From: Fidelibacterota bacterium MT.SAG.2
GTDB lineage: Bacteria; Fidelibacterota; SORT01
Reading direction: 5' to 3'
NCBI GenBank assembly: GCA_004402915.1
Contig: SORU01000001.1
Coordinates: 24,908 to 88,907, forward strand
Length of the DNA stretch: 64,000 nucleotides
The stretch's first letter is position 1, and each line of letters begins with the position of its first letter. Shown piece after piece: positions 10,545 through 20,720 of the stretch. Both the position numbers and the translations under genes were made by a program. Below the pieces are notes generated by a model that was not told the origin of the DNA, made no database searches, and saw only the letters and a program-made list of their open reading frames with translations.

Positions 10545-11126
10545 ATGTCATTGAGAGAAGATATAGCAGGTTATGCGCTTACAATATTTTCCCGTACTGA
10601 AGGGAAGAAGAGATCTCAACTCTCTATCGGCAGAAGCATAGAGCAGAGTTCAGGCGTTTTACTCTGCATGCCGGAAGATCACAATCAATTCAGGATTGCG
10701 AGGTATGTGTTCAGGGGGGTATTGGAATCCCCCGTTTCAAAACGCATAACCGTGCTAATGCATGAAAGCGTTGAAGCGGATTATCGAATAAAAAGTAACG
10801 CTCGGAAAATCGTGATAAAAGAGACCGATCTCGGATTTTGGAAAATTCCCAAACCTTCATGGATAATTGAACAGGGGTTTTCTACCTATGACCTGATAGT
10901 GGACCTTAACACAAATTATCATTTATACGCAGCATATCTGTCGATGAAATTGGGAGACGGGCTGATCATAGGCTTTGCATGGGAAGGCGCGGATGAGTTT
11001 TATAATGTGCTGCTTGAAATGAATGAAACCAATTCGAGTTTAGAGAATACTTACAGAACCATAAGGGATGAATATACGAACCTGATACCGCTTGAAAATC
11101 TGAAACTCTCGAGCAGGGCAAAATAG
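10545..11126 (+). CDS. Hypothetical protein (Rossmann-like, YDLIVDL motif)
   Basis: 193 aa ORF in operon context. Confidence 0.6.
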   Translation: MSLREDIAGYALTIFSRTEGKKRSQLSIGRSIEQSSGVLLCMPEDHNQFRIARYVFRGVLESPVSKRITVLMHESVEADYRIKSNARKIVIKETDLGFWKIPKPSWIIEQGFSTYDLIVDLNTNYHLYAAYLSMKLGDGLIIGFAWEGADEFYNVLLEMNETNSSLENTYRTIRDEYTNLIPLENLKLSSRAK

Positions 11127-11134
11127 ATGAACGG

Positions 11135-12404
11135 ATGCAAGGACCCGGCAAAGGAGTTATTGTGAATTCTATGATATTGGCGTTGTTTGAAGATGAATTT
11201 GCAGGGAACTTGAATCCCTTGGCGCATCTACGCCCTGTATACGATTTGAAGTTCGGAATTCGTTCGATCAGAGAAAAATATCTGCGGATTTTTGGAGATG
11301 AGTTCATATCTTTGCACTGTCGCGCTGAATTAGCTTCCGTGATGGCGGACCGAAATCCAAAAGCCGAAATAAATACATACTCGGCAGATAAATATATTTT
11401 CATTAACGGACGTTCTGTTATTCCGGAAAAAGAGTTAGAAAAAATCAGTTCCGATGAAGACTTGCTTTATACTAATAACGGGAAAATTGCGGCAGCTGTT
11501 TTGACCGGCGATAATCTTAAAAAAATCAGAGCAGCGGGAGGCAAATTACTAAGCAGAGAAGATTTTCCAGACCTAAATGAAAAGGCAATAAAATGCTTAT
11601 GGCTGGATTATCCATGGGAGCTGTTTCTTGAAAATGGAAATGAGATAGAAAGAGAATTTGAAGGTCCGAAGATGGAGGGTAATCTTTACGACAGCGCTGT
11701 TGTCTTGAACAGCGACATGATATCGGTTAGTGAGGGAGTTAAAATTAAACCTGGAACCGTTCTCGATGCAGAGGAGGGACCAATCATAATTGCTCCGGGC
11801 GTTCATATCATGTCGAATTCCGTCATACAGGGACCTGTCTATATCCGGGGAGAACTCTGTTATAAAAGCGGGAGCGAGAATTTACGGAAGTACATCTATC
11901 GGCGAGGAATGTAAGGTCGGCGGGGAAGTCAGTAATTCAATAATTCACTCCTACTCGAATAAGCAGCATGATGGCTATCTGGGAAATTCTTATATAGGCA
12001 AGTGGGTTAACTTGGGCGCCGACAGCAACAATAGCGATCTTAAGAATAATTATCGGAAGGTGAAATTTTATGTCGATGGAAAATTCATAGACACGGGCAC
12101 AATACATTGCGGACTGATCATGGGTGATCATACCAAAGTAGGGATCAATACTATGTTCAACACGGGAACTAACGTTGGAACCGCGTGTAATATTTATGGA
12201 GGAGGATTTCCACCTAAGTTTATTCCTTCATTTTCTTGGGGAGGCGCTGACGGTATGACAGAGCACATCTTGGAGAAAGCCATCGATACGGCAGCGCGGG
12301 TGATGGAGAGGCGAGAAGTTACGCTGGCTTCATCAGAGATCGATTTACTTAATAGCCTGTTTGATAGAACTGCGGCGGAACGCAATAAGGCATTTTCAGG
12401 CTAA
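11135..12404 (+). pseudogene. GlmU-like sugar nucleotidyltransferase/hexapeptide-repeat protein split by a +1 frameshift
   Basis: N-part (LFED, LRPVYDL, YPWEL) and C-part (NKQHDGYLG, NLGA, SDLKNNY, GDHTK) rejoin as GPVYIGENSVIK if one C at 11845/11846 is removed; true start may be ~11171. Confidence 0.75.
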
Positions 12405-13060
12405 TGGAGTTACCTGACGCGGGAATAGTCCTCATAGCATCGGCTTCTGCTACAGCGTTTTTGCATGCCGTAATTCCGGATCATTGGCTGCCCTTCGTAC
12501 TCGTCGGCAAGGCACAAGGTTGGTCAAAGGGAAAGACTCTCTCCTATTCCGCTCTATCTGCCACCTTGCATGTAGTAGTATCGATCGGATTGGGCACATT
12601 AGGTTATATAATCGGAATAGCGTCGGCTTCCTCAATTGGAGAAAATATAGAATCGGTCATAGGTATAAGTCTTTTATTATTCGGAATATTTTACTCCGTC
12701 TGGGGATTGAAGTCACAAGGAGGATCTCTTCACATCGGGCACTCTCACGGACCACACTCGCATGAAGATAACCTGAAGGGAAAGAAAGGAAATATAACCG
12801 GTTGGGGATTGGCATTGGTCATGGGTCTTAATCCATGTGTTGTGGCGCTGCCGGTGATTTCTGCTACAGTGTCTAAAGGATTAATCGTAATGTTGCTCGC
12901 TTCAGCGGCGTTTGCCTTAACAACGATTCTTCTGCTTGTCGGGCTTACCTCTTTGGGGCTTCTGACTTCTTACAAATTTAAATTTAAATTCCTTGAGAAA
13001 TACGGAGAGGTTCTGTCAGGGATAATTCTGTCTCTTACCGGCATAGCGTTTTTAATCTGA
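12404..13060 (+). CDS. Ni/Co transporter-like membrane protein (HoxN/RcnA-related)
   Basis: HAVIPDHW motif, His-rich loop HIGHSHGPHSHE, LNPC, about 6 TM helices. Confidence 0.7.
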   Translation: MELPDAGIVLIASASATAFLHAVIPDHWLPFVLVGKAQGWSKGKTLSYSALSATLHVVVSIGLGTLGYIIGIASASSIGENIESVIGISLLLFGIFYSVWGLKSQGGSLHIGHSHGPHSHEDNLKGKKGNITGWGLALVMGLNPCVVALPVISATVSKGLIVMLLASAAFALTTILLLVGLTSLGLLTSYKFKFKFLEKYGEVLSGIILSLTGIAFLI

Positions 13061-13174
13061 TGGGAATCAATTGCTGTATTGTAAAACAGTATATGAACTA
13101 ACTATCTGAATTTGAAATAAAATAAGTCAAAACATTTATTCAAAAATTTCGTAATTATTTAGGTTGCATAAATT

Positions 13175-15493
13175 ATGGTGAAAGTTTTAATGAAATCTGT
13201 CAATGATGGTGGAGTTACTAAGAGAATTGCTTCAGATCTATTAAAAGCAAAGATCCCCCTATTACTGTCAATGATGCTGTCATCGTACGCTTTTGGGAAC
13301 AATCCTGTAGAATCCACAACCGTGCATGGTACAATTACAGACGCTTCTACGGGTGAATACGTCTATGGCGCAAATATCTTTTTGAGAGGTACTACAATAG
13401 GTACGGTAAGTAACATCGAAGGGTTCTATTCGATGCCTAATCTACCACCGGGGGAATATACGCTTATAGTCACCTTCATAGGATTCTCGAAACATGAAGA
13501 GAGTTTTGAGCTTAGAAAAGGAAAATCTTTACGCATGGACGTTGATCTCTCCCCCGTTGATATAGAGGGTGAAACTGTAATTGTGACAGACGAGCTCTCA
13601 AAATTCGAACATAATATCAATATATCAACAATTTCAATTAGTCCGAGGCAGATAAAATCACTTCCCAGTATTGGAGAGGTCGATCTGTTCAGGGCGCTGC
13701 AATTTCTGCCCGGCGTCGCGGCGCAAAACGATTATTCATCAGGATTGATAGTGAGAGGCGGAAACACCGATCAGAATCTGATTTTGTTGGATGGAATAAC
13801 AGTATACAATCCTTCTCACTTGGGCGGGTTTTTCTCGACATTCATCACGGAGGGGCTTCGCGAAGCGGAACTGATGAAGGGAGGATACTCTGCGGAATAC
13901 GGGGGCAGGCTTTCATCTGTGCTCGATATTAAAACGAAGGACGGCAATAATAAACGGTTCGCCGGCTCTGCGGAAATTAGTCTCGTCTCTTCAAAGTTAT
14001 TGCTTGAAGCGCCGATCGGGAATGGAGGATGGCTATTCGCGGGCAGGAGAACTTATATCGATAAGGCATTGGACGCCTCAAGAAAGCTGGGGATAAGTGA
14101 TTTTGAATTTCCTTATTATTTTTATGATCTGCAGGCAAATATTTATCAGGATCTGTCGCCTAACGACCGGTTGCGGATATCCGCGTACTATGGAAATGAT
14201 GTGCTTGATTGGAAAGAAGCAACGGCGAATATTAATTGGGGAAACAGAACGATCTCTACACGTTGGAGACATCTGTTCAGCGACCAGTTGTTTTCAACGT
14301 TTATGATAGCCCGAAGTAAGTTTTCCGCTCACTTCAATTTTGGGGGAGAAGATGCTTTCCGTGGGGTCGACAGAGTTCGGGACTGGACGGCAAAGGGCGA
14401 CTTAACATATTTTAGAACTGAGGATCATGAGATAAGCTTCGGAACAGAACTCAAAGATCTGAAAGTGGAATTTTTTCAGAGTTTTGATAGTAGAGAACTT
14501 ATACGAATAGACCAAAGTCCTAAATTCTTTGCGTTTTATGTAAATTCCAGATTGTCTCTTCCGGGTTGGGTCATACAGACAGGGTTAAGGTCAACCTACT
14601 ATAATGATTCAACCGATAGATTGACATTCTCTCCGAGAGTGTCAATAAAAAAAGTTATTAGTAATTTCAATGCGTTCAATTTTTCGATAGGCAGGTATTA
14701 TCAATATATCTATACTTTCAACGATGAATTTTCGTTCAACATAATCAACCAATGGTTCGCGATAGATAAGTCAGTGCCCAATCAGTATGCAGACCAGATA
14801 ATGTTCGGCTATGAGACTACTTTTTCCGGTTTTGACCGGGTGACTATTGAATCTTATTACAAGAAGATGAATAATCTGTTGGTCGGAAGGCCGGAGTTTG
14901 CAACGTTTGATGAACAGTTGATCAATCCTGCTGTGGCAGATATATTTGCTGTAACGGAAGCAGATGCATTCGGGGTTGAACTGTTTTTTGAAAAAAAGGT
15001 GGGTGCGATGAACGGAAATTTTTCATATGCCCATTCTTATGTCATAAAGCAGATTGAAGATGAACCGAAGTATTGGGCAAATTGGGACAGAAGGCATACA
15101 CTTAAGGGTGTAATGAATTATCATAAATCCAAATCGACTCAGTTCGGATTTAGCTGGGTATACACCACGGGGTTTCCGTTTACTCAGCAGTTAGGATCTT
15201 ACGCATACTGGGAACCTGAATACCGGCAACCTGATTATGACCTTATACCGGGTTCGAGAAATAATTCGAGGCTGCCGTATAATAACAGAATCGACTTCAG
15301 TATTACTAAGCATAAGAAAATTAAGGGGGCTAAGGTAGATTATTATTTACAGATAATTAACGTTTTAAATAGAAAAAACTTATTCGCTGTCAGCTGGGAT
15401 ATTGAGGATACCGAGAATGGAAAGGTTGTTGAACGAAATGATCTTAGGGGAATTCCATTGTTTCCCACTATCGGAATTAGGATGGAATTTTGA
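13175..15493 (+). CDS. TonB-dependent receptor with N-terminal carboxypeptidase-regulatory-like domain
   Basis: Plug motifs LQFLPGV, VRGG..DQNLILLDG, SAEYGGRLSSV; C-terminal F. Confidence 0.9.
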   Translation: MVKVLMKSVNDGGVTKRIASDLLKAKIPLLLSMMLSSYAFGNNPVESTTVHGTITDASTGEYVYGANIFLRGTTIGTVSNIEGFYSMPNLPPGEYTLIVTFIGFSKHEESFELRKGKSLRMDVDLSPVDIEGETVIVTDELSKFEHNINISTISISPRQIKSLPSIGEVDLFRALQFLPGVAAQNDYSSGLIVRGGNTDQNLILLDGITVYNPSHLGGFFSTFITEGLREAELMKGGYSAEYGGRLSSVLDIKTKDGNNKRFAGSAEISLVSSKLLLEAPIGNGGWLFAGRRTYIDKALDASRKLGISDFEFPYYFYDLQANIYQDLSPNDRLRISAYYGNDVLDWKEATANINWGNRTISTRWRHLFSDQLFSTFMIARSKFSAHFNFGGEDAFRGVDRVRDWTAKGDLTYFRTEDHEISFGTELKDLKVEFFQSFDSRELIRIDQSPKFFAFYVNSRLSLPGWVIQTGLRSTYYNDSTDRLTFSPRVSIKKVISNFNAFNFSIGRYYQYIYTFNDEFSFNIINQWFAIDKSVPNQYADQIMFGYETTFSGFDRVTIESYYKKMNNLLVGRPEFATFDEQLINPAVADIFAVTEADAFGVELFFEKKVGAMNGNFSYAHSYVIKQIEDEPKYWANWDRRHTLKGVMNYHKSKSTQFGFSWVYTTGFPFTQQLGSYAYWEPEYRQPDYDLIPGSRNNSRLPYNNRIDFSITKHKKIKGAKVDYYLQIINVLNRKNLFAVSWDIEDTENGKVVERNDLRGIPLFPTIGIRMEF

Positions 15494-16422
15494 GTAGAAA
15501 TAGAATAATGGTCTTGATTTTTTTATTCGTCGGTTCAATCGGTCTGCTCTCATGTGATTCGATAATAGACTTGCCAGATCCCATGCAATTCGAAGAGAAA
15601 ATCGTGCTTAACGGGAACCTCGAATGGGGAAGCACCGAAGTTCTTATCAGATTGGATGTTGCTACTGCGATAGAAGATAATTTTGACACACTAAGCACGG
15701 CGCTGAGTGGCGCGACCGTGATATTAAAGTACGATTCTGCCGAGATCATGCTTACCGAGACTACACCGGGCAAGTATGAATATTCGAGTAGTTCATTCCT
15801 GATAAGGAGCGGAAAATCATATACGATAGAAGCATCATATGGCGATCTCCCCCCGATATCAGCGACTACAACAGTACCCTATCCTATATATTTAGTTGAT
15901 ATGACACCGGAACTTAACGAGGGTGATTCTCTTACTTATATACCGGCAGGCGACGATGCGCAATTTTTAGATCCTTACCTTTTCTCCTTTAAGATAGACT
16001 CGAAGGTTGGAGGAAGATTTCCTCCTATTATACGATTTGTAAACAGGGCATTGGAGCCAAGTAAGGAAACTATGATCACCGAAGACAATGATCTGAAAGC
16101 TTTTCTTTTCAAATGGAACGGTATCGGAGATGACAGCGATAAGGATATTAACGAAAGAATACGCACTCGCAGCCGTATAATCTTCAACAGTGTGGATCCC
16201 GATTCGGAACAAAAGATGGGTTGGATCTTTTACACTTTTTACGGTCGGCAGTCTTTTGAGGTCTACGCCCTCGACCAGGCATATTATAATTATCATATTG
16301 GGAACATAGAGGACGCTCCTACCGATCCGAACTATCTTCCGGAAAGCAACGTGATTGGAGGATATGGGCTGCTGTTTTCGTCCTATCAGGTAAAAATCGG
16401 CTTTTTTCTTAAACGTCCGTAA
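15490..16422 (+). CDS. DUF4249-like lipoprotein partner of the TonB receptor
   Basis: Lipobox LLSC; ALSGATV, ISATTTVP and C-terminal SNVIGGYG; overlaps the receptor stop. Confidence 0.7.
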   Translation: MSRNRIMVLIFLFVGSIGLLSCDSIIDLPDPMQFEEKIVLNGNLEWGSTEVLIRLDVATAIEDNFDTLSTALSGATVILKYDSAEIMLTETTPGKYEYSSSSFLIRSGKSYTIEASYGDLPPISATTTVPYPIYLVDMTPELNEGDSLTYIPAGDDAQFLDPYLFSFKIDSKVGGRFPPIIRFVNRALEPSKETMITEDNDLKAFLFKWNGIGDDSDKDINERIRTRSRIIFNSVDPDSEQKMGWIFYTFYGRQSFEVYALDQAYYNYHIGNIEDAPTDPNYLPESNVIGGYGLLFSSYQVKIGFFLKRP

Positions 16423-16611
16423 AGCTGCCTCAGCTGGCATACTACTCGAAAAACATTAACAAAATTATCTAAACTTTCAAAACTGCCTAAAATAGCCGTA
16501 TTTAGGGGCTTTTAACGCCAATTCGGCGATATTTCTTATCAATTTTAGGCTGTCTCCTCAATAATGTTCAGTTTAATATTACCTGTCCGATAATTTACTA
16601 TAAGAGATGAG

Positions 16612-16881
16612 ATGAATAAAATGGCGAAAAACAAAAATATAATGATATTGATGGCAAACCCAGAGGGCGATGAGTTTCCATTGATTATCGAGGATCTAAT
16701 TCCCGTACACAGTTCATCAACGAAGATAAAAAATGAGATTGAAGAACCAAGCCGGGAGGATTTTGACAGGGCTGTTGCATTGATTTGGATGACTCTGATA
16801 GAGGATTCGGAGAACTCTGAAGTGGATACACCTTCAAATTCGATTAAATTATGGGAACCAAAACAGGTATCAGATGCATGA
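16612..16881 (+). CDS. Small acidic hypothetical protein
   Basis: 89 aa ORF followed by strong hairpins. Confidence 0.5.
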   Translation: MNKMAKNKNIMILMANPEGDEFPLIIEDLIPVHSSSTKIKNEIEEPSREDFDRAVALIWMTLIEDSENSEVDTPSNSIKLWEPKQVSDA

Positions 16882-16931
16882 GGGTACCAAAAGGATTTGT
16901 TACCTTTACCATGTTTTGGGGCCCTCACTAA

Positions 16932-16974
16932 GCGCTCTCATTGAAAATATTCAATGGGAGCGTTGCCCTTTTAT
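16932..16974 (+). terminator. Hairpin, probable intrinsic terminator
   Basis: CGCTCTCATTGAA-aata-TTCAATGGGAGCG stem followed by a T-rich tract. Confidence 0.5.
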
Positions 16975-17100
16975 TGAACGCTTTTCCGCTGCTCACTTAT
17001 AAAATACAGCAGTATTCTGAGCTTGCATTTCACTGAGATCAAAGAGTAATTTCAACCCGAATTTTAAGTTACAGAAGAATGAAAATCTATGGAGAGATAG

Positions 17101-17853
17101 TTGAATATAGTAGTATGCATGAAATCCGTTCCGAGCAGTGAAACAAAGGTCAAGATCAATTCTGACGGAGTGACCATAGAGCAGACAGATGTAGTGTTTG
17201 AGATAAATCCATATGACGAATATGCAATAGAGGAGGCTATAAGAGCCAAAGAAGCCCACGGCGGGAAGGTGACCATTCTAACTTTGGGAGCGGCTACCGC
17301 TACTCAGAATATAAGAAAAGCTCTCGCAATGGGCGCTGACGAGGCGCTGCATCTTATCTGTGAAAATGCGGAATTAGCGGATTCTTCGACAATCGCCGAG
17401 CTATTATATTCGGCGATCAAGGAAATAGAATTTGACGTCATTTTCTGCGGTAAGAAAGCCATAGACTGCGATAATCATCAGCTGCCTAACAGGCTCGCGC
17501 AGCTATTGGATATTCCCGCCGTAACGGCAATATCAAACCTTGAATTGACTACAGAAAGCGGAAGCGCTAAAAGGAATATAGAAGGGGGAACAGAGCTGAT
17601 AACCGTGAATCTTCCTGCACTTTTCTCTGCTGAAAAAGGGTTGAACGAACCGAGGTACGCGTCACTTCCGGGTATTATGGCTGCTAAAAAGAAACCGCTT
17701 GAAGAACGGCAAGTTTCTATGAGCAATGAAAAATTAACGATCCTCTCTCTCGAGCTTCCGCCGCCAAAGCCGAAAGGAAGAATAGTCGGCGAAGGACCGG
17801 AAGCCGCAGGCGAATTAGTACGTATACTGAGGGAAGAAGCGAAAGTTATCTGA
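17101..17853 (+). CDS. etfB: Electron transfer flavoprotein beta subunit
   Basis: INPYDEYAIEEA, ALAMGAD, GKKAID, NEPRYASL. Confidence 0.95.
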   Translation: MNIVVCMKSVPSSETKVKINSDGVTIEQTDVVFEINPYDEYAIEEAIRAKEAHGGKVTILTLGAATATQNIRKALAMGADEALHLICENAELADSSTIAELLYSAIKEIEFDVIFCGKKAIDCDNHQLPNRLAQLLDIPAVTAISNLELTTESGSAKRNIEGGTELITVNLPALFSAEKGLNEPRYASLPGIMAAKKKPLEERQVSMSNEKLTILSLELPPPKPKGRIVGEGPEAAGELVRILREEAKVI

Positions 17854-17867
17854 TAAGGAGTGGTAAG

Positions 17868-18836
17868 TTGGCACAAGGAGTACTCATATTTGCCGAACAA
17901 AGAGAAGGAGTATTAAAGCCTTCCTCATTGGAAGCGGCTACACTTGGAAGAGAACTAAAAAAAGAGATTGGTGGAGAGCTAAGTGTTGCTATTATCGGTG
18001 CAAACAGTTCAAGTTTATCTTCTGAATTCAAACAATATGGTGTTGATAAAGTGTACCTTGCCGATAGCGAGGAGCTGAATCAGTATGACGGGGAACGGTA
18101 TACAGCTCTCTTAGCGGAAGCTGTTTCAAAAGCGCAACCCTCCGTACTGATCATTGTTGCCTCTGCAATGGGAAAGGATATCGCCCCGAGGGCGGCATCA
18201 TCTCTTGGCGCAGGCTTGGCAACAGATTGTACGGGTGTGAAAGTTATAGACGGAAAAATAATTATTACGCGACCGGTGTATGCGGGAAAGGCACTCATAA
18301 AGTTAAGAATTGACTCCGAACTTCAAATCCTTTCCATAAGACCTAACGTGTTTCCAAAAAAAGCGGAGGGTGATACAGATCCGGAAGTTATTGAATTACA
18401 AATCGGTGAGAAGAAAAATCCTGTATCAGAGGTGCAGCATGTTAAAAGCGAGAGACCGGAACTCACGGAAGCTTCAATAATAGTTTCCGGCGGGCGTGGA
18501 ATGGGGGGACCGGAAAATTTTCATTTGACGGAAGAGTTAGCCGATGTGCTCGGCGCAGCAGTCGGCGCGAGTAGGGCGGTGGTTGACGCAGGATGGAGAC
18601 CTCATACAGAGCAAGTAGGTCAAACCGGTAAGACCGTCTCGCCTAATCTGTATATCGCTTGCGGAATTTCCGGCGCTATACAACACTTAGCGGGGATGTC
18701 TTCTTCAAAGGTGATAGTAGCCATTAATAAAGATGCCGATGCTCCAATTTTCAAAGTTGCTACATATGGTATTGTTGGAGACTTATTTGAAGTGGTACCC
18801 AAAATGATTAAAGAAATTAAAGCTCTTAACAGTTAA
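17868..18836 (+). CDS. etfA: Electron transfer flavoprotein alpha subunit
   Basis: [36 protein letters not shown]. Confidence 0.95.
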   Translation: MAQGVLIFAEQREGVLKPSSLEAATLGRELKKEIGGELSVAIIGANSSSLSSEFKQYGVDKVYLADSEELNQYDGERYTALLAEAVSKAQPSVLIIVASAMGKDIAPRAASSLGAGLATDCTGVKVIDGKIIITRPVYAGKALIKLRIDSELQILSIRPNVFPKKAEGDTDPEVIELQIGEKKNPVSEVQHVKSERPELTEASIIVSGGRGMGGPENFHLTEELADVLGAAVGASRAVVDAGWRPHTEQVGQTGKTVSPNLYIACGISGAIQHLAGMSSSKVIVAINKDADAPIFKVATYGIVGDLFEVVPKMIKEIKALNS

Positions 18837-18869
18837 ACACCGTGAAATCCGAACTAAGGACATATCGAT

Positions 18870-19208
18870 ATGGAATATAGCCATGATCAAGTAGAAGATA
18901 CTCTGATTTTCAGAATAGAAGAACACAGACTTCACACTGCGTTGTCAGTTGAAGTAAAGGAAAAGTTAGATGAGCTATTACGAAATAAAGAAGTAAAAAA
19001 TTTGCTGTTCAATTTAGCGATGGTAAAATCAATAGACAGCAGTGGACTGAGTTCTTTACTTTTTGGCAGGAGGTTGATCGCCGACCGGGAAGGTAAATGT
19101 CTTATAATAAATCCCCAACCCAAGGTAACCTCACTTATGCGAATCGCCCGTCTCGATAAAGTTTTCATTATTTACGATGACGAAGGCAGCGCTTTGAAGT
19201 CACTTTAA
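18870..19208 (+). CDS. STAS-domain anti-sigma factor antagonist
   Basis: IDSSGL phospho-Ser motif; 112 aa. Confidence 0.85.
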   Translation: MEYSHDQVEDTLIFRIEEHRLHTALSVEVKEKLDELLRNKEVKNLLFNLAMVKSIDSSGLSSLLFGRRLIADREGKCLIINPQPKVTSLMRIARLDKVFIIYDDEGSALKSL

Positions 19209-19229
19209 GAAGAGTCAGTAGTTTGAAGT

Positions 19230-19261
19230 AAAGAAGCCTTCTTATATAAGAAGGCTTCTTT
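19230..19261. terminator. Perfect 32 bp palindrome, likely bidirectional terminator
   Basis: AAAGAAGCCTTCTTATATAAGAAGGCTTCTTT between convergent units. Confidence 0.7.
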
Positions 19262-19348
19262 CGTTTCAAAGGGGGCAGGAGCACGTATCGAAATAAGTGC
19301 GGGGGAAACACATATTTCACGTTGCCCCTGCTGTAAATAACTGTATTG
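19230..19348 (-). ncRNA. Candidate ~120 nt small RNA of unknown family
   Basis: Own promoter (19355-19383), 57 nt hairpin 19275-19331 with UUCCCCC loop, terminal palindrome. Confidence 0.55.
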
Positions 19349-19354
19349 GTAGCA

Positions 19355-19383
19355 AATATATACGCACTCTTTTCGTATGTCAA
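19355..19383 (-). promoter_or_regulatory. Sigma70-type promoter of the candidate sRNA
   Basis: TTGACA-N17-TATATT on the minus strand. Confidence 0.65.
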
Positions 19384-19443
19384 GAAGTTTTTTGTTGACC
19401 ATTTTATACAATGAAACAGCCATTTTCATCAAATATTTCGATT

Positions 19444-20709
19444 TTAATATTCTGTATAGCCTATCTTTTTGAAAAAATCTTCTTTAGAAATTCGTCCTGA
19501 ATTGTACCTGTCAACGTCTCTTTTTAAGACTTTCATGATAAGAGCGTTATTTCTTCCTGAATTGTGATCATGTCTATTCGAATTTTGCCAGTTAGTCAAA
19601 ACTCCTATCCATTCGGTGTCGTTCACTAATCGAAGCGTATGTCCGTAATTTCCGAGGAGTGTAGAAAAGGATAATTTGTATTCCTCTATAGATTTTCTAT
19701 ACTCTTCCATCTCCTTTTGCATAGCTTTTTTTCGAGCTGACACTCTCTCCTTTTTTCTCGCGGAGGCGCTCGTCTTAGGAGCTTTTTTAGCGGAATATAT
19801 TTCACGGCCAGAGTTAAATAAATCAAGTTCATTAATTCTTGCGAGCTCTTCATTTGCATAATTCAATTGGGACTCTATAACATAAAAACTATTTCTGGAT
19901 GAAATTTGATGTCTGTTTACTATGAACAATGCCCCGAAACCGTCAAGATAGAGACCATTAACGCCATTATCTCTCATTCGGAAGCTATACGCTCCGGACA
20001 ATGGAGTATTCAAAGATGTATTCAAGACGTAAGCCATAATATCGATTTGAGAGCTCATATCATCGTTTTTTAGCAGCGACGAGTATTTGATCTTTTTATT
20101 AAAAGTTTTTGACTTAATCTTGCCCGATCTAAACGCGATTATATCTTTCTTCAGTACGTAGAAAAGATGTTCCGGCGATTGATTCGAGGAGTTGAAAAGA
20201 TAGATAGCTATCCTGTCTCTCTCATTTAACTGACCGATCGCATCCGCATAAATTCCGAGAAAATCACTGACCTTAGATGAAATCCGCTCGAGCTCCTTTT
20301 TCTCTTTCTCTTCTTTTCTTTTGGCTCGTTCCTCATCTTCTTCGCTTTCATCAAAACCAAAGGAAATTCTAAAAGAATCATCATTTTTGTCATCATTTCC
20401 TGAAGCCGTTGGAACCCGTAAAACTCGAGCAATCCTTGGCAAAACGAATAGAGATTCCGAGAACGGTTTTGAAATAGGAACTGCGAATATTACGCCATAA
20501 TCAGGCAAATAAAAACCCTGGCTGCCACTCTCGGATGAAAAAAAGGCATTTCCGGATGGAGTAAGGAGTTTGTCTATTATTCCTTCCATAATTCGAAGAT
20601 CGTTTACCAAGCGTTCCTGATCTAATTCACGATTGTTCTGCGCTTTTAAAGCATTAGATGAAAATCCCAAAACAAGCGATAATAAAAACATACAAAATAT
20701 TTTTTTCAT
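19444..20709 (-). CDS. Secreted hypothetical protein with two internal repeats, in ECF operon
   Basis: Signal peptide ending ALKA-Q; RBS GAGGA before ATG 20709 (alternative start 20724). Confidence 0.75.
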   Translation of the reverse strand: MKKIFCMFLLSLVLGFSSNALKAQNNRELDQERLVNDLRIMEGIIDKLLTPSGNAFFSSESGSQGFYLPDYGVIFAVPISKPFSESLFVLPRIARVLRVPTASGNDDKNDDSFRISFGFDESEEDEERAKRKEEKEKKELERISSKVSDFLGIYADAIGQLNERDRIAIYLFNSSNQSPEHLFYVLKKDIIAFRSGKIKSKTFNKKIKYSSLLKNDDMSSQIDIMAYVLNTSLNTPLSGAYSFRMRDNGVNGLYLDGFGALFIVNRHQISSRNSFYVIESQLNYANEELARINELDLFNSGREIYSAKKAPKTSASARKKERVSARKKAMQKEMEEYRKSIEEYKLSFSTLLGNYGHTLRLVNDTEWIGVLTNWQNSNRHDHNSGRNNALIMKVLKRDVDRYNSGRISKEDFFKKIGYTEY

Positions 20710-20720
20710 AATTTCCTCTT

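Noticed and set aside
11835..11860. Programmed frameshift in the GlmU-like gene
   Set aside because: No X XXY YYZ slippery heptamer or obvious stimulator at the junction
19168..19432. Minus-strand ORFs of 71 and 75 aa over the candidate sRNA
   Set aside because: They start within or upstream of the promoter and run through the terminator palindrome; no protein-like features
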